Shown: piece after piece, positions 59,274 through 64,000 of the stretch | Position numbering within the stretch: the stretch's first letter is position 1 | Layout: the number at the start of each line of letters is the position of its first letter | Assembly (NCBI GenBank): GCA_964527715.1 | Contig: CAZGOD010000007.1 | Coordinates: forward strand, 6,622 to 70,621 | DNA: 64,000 nucleotides | DNA from: an uncultured Thermoplasmatales archaeon | Lineage (GTDB): Archaea > Thermoplasmatota > E2 > DHVEG-1 | Direction of reading: 5' to 3' | The notes under the pieces: generated by a model | The model's input: only the letters and a program-made list of their open reading frames with translations | Database searches by the model: none | Told to the model about the DNA's origin: nothing | Program-made: the position numbers and the translations under genes

Positions 59274-60197
59274 TTATCCCTCTGTGAATTTCATGAAGAT
59301 ATCTTCAAGAGATGCTTCTTCGGTTTGTATATTTATGATTTTTGCACCAGCTTTATTAGCGTTTATTACTACATTTGCACGTGTTTCAGGTAGACAATAG
59401 ATTTCAAGGGTTTGGCCGATGATATCTACTTTATCTACTCCTTCGATGTTTTCTATGGCTTTTTTCATTTCATCTGTAAGATTTGGTATCTCTAGTTTGA
59501 TTTTGGGTTTTATTTGTAGGTTTTTACTAAGAGAGGTGACCGTGTCTTTTGCTACTAGTGTTCCTTTGTTGATTATTCCTACTTGGCTGCAAACTGCTTG
59601 TATTTCGCTTAGAATATGGGATGATATGAATAGGGTAGCTCCATTTTGATTTAGTTGTTTTATTTTCTCCCTGATTAGTTTAACTCCACGTGGGTCTAGA
59701 CCTGCGCTTGGTTCATCTAGTATTAATATGGGTGGGTTGCCGAGAATTGCTCTAGCCATTCCTAGTCTTTGTACCATTCCTTTGGAATATTTTCCTACTT
59801 TTTTATTTGCGTGTTCACCTAGTCCAAACTCGTTAATGAGGCGATGGCATTCGTTTTTGTTTACGTTTTTTAGTTCAGCATAGAAATATAGGTTTTGTAA
59901 CCCTGTGAGATTGTCATAAAAACCTATTCTTTCGGGCATATAGCCAACATATTTCTTAATGTGTTTGCCGTATCTGTGGATATCTTGGCCGTTAATTTGT
60001 ACGTTTCCATTATTTGAATAAATTAAACCTAGCATTGCTTTGATAGTCGTGGTTTTTCCTGCGCCATTTGGTCCTAAAAAACCGAAGATTTCGCCAGGTT
60101 TGACATTAAGACTAAGGTTGTTTACAGCGGGTAATCTATCATAATATTTAGTTAAGTTATTGACATTTATAACGGGTGGTCTATCTGATGTATCCAT
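59274..60197 (-). CDS. ABC transporter ATP-binding protein
   Basis: GPNGAGKTT, YSKGM, ILDEP, SSH. Confidence 0.93.
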   Translation of the reverse strand: MDTSDRPPVINVNNLTKYYDRLPAVNNLSLNVKPGEIFGFLGPNGAGKTTTIKAMLGLIYSNNGNVQINGQDIHRYGKHIKKYVGYMPERIGFYDNLTGLQNLYFYAELKNVNKNECHRLINEFGLGEHANKKVGKYSKGMVQRLGMARAILGNPPILILDEPSAGLDPRGVKLIREKIKQLNQNGATLFISSHILSEIQAVCSQVGIINKGTLVAKDTVTSLSKNLQIKPKIKLEIPNLTDEMKKAIENIEGVDKVDIIGQTLEIYCLPETRANVVINANKAGAKIINIQTEEASLEDIFMKFTEG

Positions 60198-60320
60198 TGT
60201 TTTCTTCCTCAGCGGAACTTATATACTAGGTGTTTTTTTAAATCCAGAGTTAATTAAAATGTTTTTCCTTATTTTTAAAGAAAAATTGTTAAAAGCTGGT
60301 TTGGTATTGGGGGTGTTGAT

Positions 60321-60827
60321 ATGAAAAAGTTGATTTCGATTTGTGGAAGTGATGGGGATGATGAGCGGTTAGCTGGTTATGCTCTTGAGGTGGCTTATAA
60401 GATTGGGCGGCTTGTTGCTCAGAGGGATGGTGTGATTGTTTGTGGTGGTCGTAGTGGTGTGATGGAATCAGCTTGCAGGGGTGCTAAAGAAGAAGGTGGT
60501 ATAACTGTGGGTATACTGCCTTATGGGAAGGATGAGGCGAATCCCTTTGTTGATATTGCGATTCCGACTAATATTGGTAATGTTAGGAATTATTTGGTTT
60601 CAAGTACAGGTGATGTGACTATAGCGATTGGTGGACGTTGGGGTACGTTGAATGAGACTGCTTTTCGTATGATTTCTCAGAAGCCTCTGATTCTGGTTAA
60701 GGGTACTGGTGGGGTTGTTGATGATATTATAAATCATAGTATTTTGCGGGATGTTGAGTATTCTTATCATGTTGTGAATTCTGCTGAGGAGGCTGTGGAA
60801 AAAGCATTTGAGTTATCATCTGTTTAA
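60321..60827 (+). CDS. TIGR00725-like Rossmann-fold (LOG/SLOG) protein
   Basis: CGGRSGVME...RGAK..GG.TVGILP, RN, GGRWGTLNE. Confidence 0.85.
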   Translation: MKKLISICGSDGDDERLAGYALEVAYKIGRLVAQRDGVIVCGGRSGVMESACRGAKEEGGITVGILPYGKDEANPFVDIAIPTNIGNVRNYLVSSTGDVTIAIGGRWGTLNETAFRMISQKPLILVKGTGGVVDDIINHSILRDVEYSYHVVNSAEEAVEKAFELSSV

Positions 60828-60911
60828 GATATTGGTACTTCAAAAAGAATATAAGGAATAAATATATTCCAAGTCGACTATTATTTATTGTTTAATGGTA
60901 GTGGTTTGATT

Positions 60912-61535
60912 ATGTATGGTATAGTAAATCTTGAAGATACAGTTCGTATAACTCCTAATAAGTTTGATAAGGATCTTGATGAGGTTGTTACTAAGATTGT
61001 ACAAGATACTTTTGAGGGTTCAATGAGGAAAAAATATGGTATTATTGTGGTAGCTGATAATATTAAACCTATTGGTGATGGCATTGTTATTCATGGGGAT
61101 GGCGCTATGTATCAGAAGGTTGCTTTTGATGCTCTTGTTTTTAAACCAGATCTTCAAGAGGTTTTAGATGCTATTGTTTGTGAGATTGTTGAGTTTGGTG
61201 CTTTTTGTCATATTGGGCCTCTTGATGCATTGGTTCATATGAGTCAGATTATGAATGATTATGTTGAAGTAGATGCAGAGAATGAGATTATTACTGGTAA
61301 GGAGAAGAGGTTGATGCTTAGGAATAATGATCCTGTTAGAGCTCGTGTTGTTGCTGTTAGTCTTAATGAGCTTTCTGCTCGTGAGAGTAAAATTGGTCTT
61401 ACTATGAGGCAGCCTGCTCTTGGTGCGCATGATTGGATATATGCGCCTTCTGAGGAGGAGCTTAAGAAAGAAGAGAAAAAAGAGAAAGAGAAAAAAGAGA
61501 AGAAGAAAAAGAAGAAGAAGAAGGGTAAGAAATGA
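60912..61535 (+). CDS. rpoE1: RNA polymerase subunit E' (Rpo7)
   Basis: GDGA.Y, VEFGAF..IGPLDALVH.SQI, KIGLTMRQP.LG; Lys-rich tail. Confidence 0.95.
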   Translation: MYGIVNLEDTVRITPNKFDKDLDEVVTKIVQDTFEGSMRKKYGIIVVADNIKPIGDGIVIHGDGAMYQKVAFDALVFKPDLQEVLDAIVCEIVEFGAFCHIGPLDALVHMSQIMNDYVEVDAENEIITGKEKRLMLRNNDPVRARVVAVSLNELSARESKIGLTMRQPALGAHDWIYAPSEEELKKEEKKEKEKKEKKKKKKKKGKK

Positions 61536-61717
61536 AGAATGTTTATGCTTGTAAGTCTTGTCATGTTCTAACTGAGAAGGATGTTTGTCCTAATTGTTCG
61601 ACTCCTACTTCTAAACGTTGGCGTGGTTATGTGATTATTCGTGATCCGGAGCATTCTCAGATTGCTGAGAAGATGAACATTAAGAAAGCAGGTAAATATG
61701 CGTTGAAAGTTATGTAA
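61532..61717 (+). CDS. spt4: Transcription elongation factor Spt4 (RpoE2)
   Basis: ACKSC...CPNC...W.G...I.DPE.S.IA....I...G.YALKV. Confidence 0.93.
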   Translation: MKNVYACKSCHVLTEKDVCPNCSTPTSKRWRGYVIIRDPEHSQIAEKMNIKKAGKYALKVM

Positions 61718-61739
61718 AAAGTTTTTTTTTGTGTTTATT

Positions 61740-62243
61740 ATGCGTGTTTTACCAGAAGAGTTGAGGGGTTTGTTGAAGACGCCTATTGGACGGCTTGCTC
61801 GTGATGATGATGAGCTTTTAACTTTGTTGAAAAATGAGAGATATGTTGTTTCAGTTGGTGATCTGGTTACTTATACGATTTTGAAAAATGATATAGAACC
61901 TGTTTTTTGTGTAGTTGATTTTCATACTCGTCGTGGTGAATGCTCTGAGGATATTGTTAATATGATACGTTCTTTTGGGAAAAAAAGTGTTGTTGTGGAA
62001 AACCCAGCTGGGTGTATCTCTGATGATTTATGGAATGTTATTGAGATAGCTTATGAGAATCTTGACCAGGGTTCTCTTCGTATTGAGATTAAAGGTGAAG
62101 AAGACTTGGCTTCTTTGGCCGCTATTTATCTTGCACCAGAGGACGTAACTATAATATATGGATTGCCGGATAAGGGGGTTTTAGTTGTTAAGGCTAACAC
62201 TGAGAATAAAATGAAAGCTAAAGAAGTAATTGATAAGATGTGA
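61740..62243 (+). CDS. GTP-dependent dephospho-CoA kinase (DUF359)
   Basis: LK.P.G, VGD.VT, NPAG.I, GEEDL, YGLP..G; conserved position after spt4. Confidence 0.88.
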   Translation: MRVLPEELRGLLKTPIGRLARDDDELLTLLKNERYVVSVGDLVTYTILKNDIEPVFCVVDFHTRRGECSEDIVNMIRSFGKKSVVVENPAGCISDDLWNVIEIAYENLDQGSLRIEIKGEEDLASLAAIYLAPEDVTIIYGLPDKGVLVVKANTENKMKAKEVIDKM

Positions 62244-62248
62244 AGATT

Positions 62249-62896
62249 ATGGAAATTGAGATTGGATCTAAAAGAAATAATCCTTTGCTTAACAGGATTG
62301 ATGTTAATTTTATAGTTAAACATCCGGGTGAAGGTACTCCTAATCGTGATATACTTAAAAACGAGTTAGCTGAGAAACTTAATGCTAAGAAAGAGAACAT
62401 TGTTGTGAATGTTATTCGTTCAAGTTTTGGTTCTCAGGAGACAACTGGTTATGCTAAGGTTTATTCATCTATTGCTAAGTCTAAAGGTATTGAGCGTGAG
62501 TATATTCTGGTGAGGAATAAGCTCGTGGAGAAAGAGACGAAGAAGAAAGGGGAGAAGAAGACTGCGGCTAAGCCTGCTGAGGAAAAACCTGTTGAGGAAG
62601 CACTTAGTGAGCCAGCAACACCTGAACAAGATAAGAAAACCGATGGAGAACAACCTAAAGTAGAAACAGAGGAAAAACCCGTGGAGGATAAACCCGCTGA
62701 ACCACCAGTTGAAGAGAAAACTCCGGAGACACCACCAGCTGAGGAGAAACCCATAGAAGAAACACCACCACCCAAAGAGGAACCAACCGCTCCAGTAGAA
62801 AAACCCGCTGAGGAACCACCCAAAGAAGAAGCCGAGGAAAAACCAAAAGAAGAAACCAAGAAATCCGAAAAACCTGAAGAGGAAAAGAAGGAATAA
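62249..62896 (+). CDS. rps24e: 30S ribosomal protein S24e with a long E/P/K-rich tail
   Basis: NPLL.R, TP.R, FG...T.GYAKVY, E..YIL.RN. Confidence 0.92.
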   Translation: MEIEIGSKRNNPLLNRIDVNFIVKHPGEGTPNRDILKNELAEKLNAKKENIVVNVIRSSFGSQETTGYAKVYSSIAKSKGIEREYILVRNKLVEKETKKKGEKKTAAKPAEEKPVEEALSEPATPEQDKKTDGEQPKVETEEKPVEDKPAEPPVEEKTPETPPAEEKPIEETPPPKEEPTAPVEKPAEEPPKEEAEEKPKEETKKSEKPEEEKKE

Positions 62897-62898
62897 AT

Positions 62899-63375
62899 AT
62901 GAAAAAAATTGAGCTTTTTAAAGTAGAAGGTGACAGCGTTACACGTTTACGAAGGCACTGTCCAAAATGTGGACCTGGTGTTTTTCTTGCGGAACATAAA
63001 AATCGTTTCAGCTGTGGTAACTGTGGTTACACTGAGTTTAAACCTGGTAGGGCAAAAGAAGAATCGCCTAAACCACCAGTGACTGAGGAAAAAATAGAGG
63101 AACCAAAAGAACAGCAAGCACCTGTTGAGGAAAAACCAACTGTAGAAGAACCACTGGTAGAGCCATCCATACCACCATCTGAAGGAGATGTAAAAACCGA
63201 TGAGGAACCGCCATCAACAGGGGAGCCAGTAGACTCTGCGGAGGAGCCATCTGCTGAGGGGGAGAAGTCTCCGGAATCACCAGCAACCGTTGAGGAACCT
63301 AAGGAAGAAACACCGCCTGTTGAAGAAAAAACAGAGAAAGAATCAAAACCTGAAAAAGAGGAAAAAACAGAGTAA
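62899..63375 (+). CDS. rps27ae: 30S ribosomal protein S27ae with a long E/P/K-rich tail
   Basis: [25 protein letters not shown]. Confidence 0.93.
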   Translation: MKKIELFKVEGDSVTRLRRHCPKCGPGVFLAEHKNRFSCGNCGYTEFKPGRAKEESPKPPVTEEKIEEPKEQQAPVEEKPTVEEPLVEPSIPPSEGDVKTDEEPPSTGEPVDSAEEPSAEGEKSPESPATVEEPKEETPPVEEKTEKESKPEKEEKTE

Positions 63376-63386
63376 CTAGTTTTTTT

Positions 63387-63920
63387 TTAGATGTCTACGT
63401 ATTCTGCTAGTTTGTCTACTTCCGGGTTGACAATTCCGCATCTTTTAATTGGGAACATTATTTCAATAAGTTGTAAGTCTTGTATGTAGCCTTCATATAG
63501 TCTGTTTAGGCTTTCGCATAGTTTTTTTGCTTGTTTGATGTTTTCTGCGCTAAAGCATATTACCCAGTCGTAGGCGCCGTTTACGTAGAAGCTGCTTTCT
63601 ATTGTGATGCCTATTTTTTTTGCGTTTTGTCCTAATTTTCTCCCAGTTATGTTTTTTAGTATTTGTTGGTCTAGGGGTTGGTTTGTTCTTTTTATTAGGA
63701 TCATGTAGTTTTTCATGCCTTTTTTGCTTTCGTCGACTAGTGTTACGTATCCCCATATGATGTTTTTTTTCTCGAGTCTTTTTATTATTCTCCATACTTT
63801 TTGTCTTGAGAAGTTGCATTTTTTTGCTATTTCGTTTATGCTTTTGTTTGCGTTTCTTGATAGTTCGTCGATGACTTTGTGTTCGTCTTCTTCTATTTGT
63901 TGTTTGCTACTTTTTGGCAT
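63387..63920 (-). CDS. Lrp/AsnC family transcriptional regulator
   Basis: L..NA..S..EIAK....SRQ.V.R.IKRLE...IIWGY, then G.YDW in a RAM-like domain. Confidence 0.85.
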   Translation of the reverse strand: MPKSSKQQIEEDEHKVIDELSRNANKSINEIAKKCNFSRQKVWRIIKRLEKKNIIWGYVTLVDESKKGMKNYMILIKRTNQPLDQQILKNITGRKLGQNAKKIGITIESSFYVNGAYDWVICFSAENIKQAKKLCESLNRLYEGYIQDLQLIEIMFPIKRCGIVNPEVDKLAEYVDI

Positions 63921-64000
63921 ATGTTTGATTAATCGTGTTGTTATATTTAAGTTTTTACTGTAATAGGTAACGTTTTGTTTTTTATTTTTTTTATTTGTAT

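Noticed and set aside
246-63963. Many 60-200 aa ORFs antisense to or nested in called genes (e.g. 34330..34821, 46420..46929, 49345..49965, 62461..62859)
   Set aside because: Shadow frames of real genes, with no motifs or SD.
1-64000. CRISPR array, rRNA, transposase or integrase
   Set aside because: I saw no regularly spaced repeats, no long GC-rich structural RNA and no recombinase motifs.

Overview
AT-rich archaeal chromosome segment. Evidence: rpl18e-rpl13-rps9-rpoN, rpoE1-spt4-DPCK-rps24e-rps27ae, L41e, and a tRNA-Trp with a box C/D intron. The many secreted peptidases (C1A, two M28, one C25-like) and acyl-CoA genes suggest an anaerobic protein-degrading Thermoplasmatota, probably DHVEG-1/MBG-D (inference). 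Main content: a leucine-catabolism and biotin cluster with a BirA operator; a B12 mutase operon with isobutyryl-CoA-mutase signature residues, flanked by bcd/etf/acyl-CoA ligase and thl-hbd-crt; glycine decarboxylase; a six-PAS kinase with a stand-alone receiver; glycosylation genes. Best novel candidates: (1) an unrecognised ~110-aa domain found three times in the protein coupled to the receiver gene and once fused to a winged helix; (2) a promoter-bearing ~110-nt structured RNA that shares a duplicated promoter with a microprotein gene; (3) three genes that apparently start at ATT; (4) a C-terminal domain shared by unrelated secreted proteins; (5) a decayed tRNA-Arg islet carrying a Fic gene. 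All calls were made by eye; no database searches were run.
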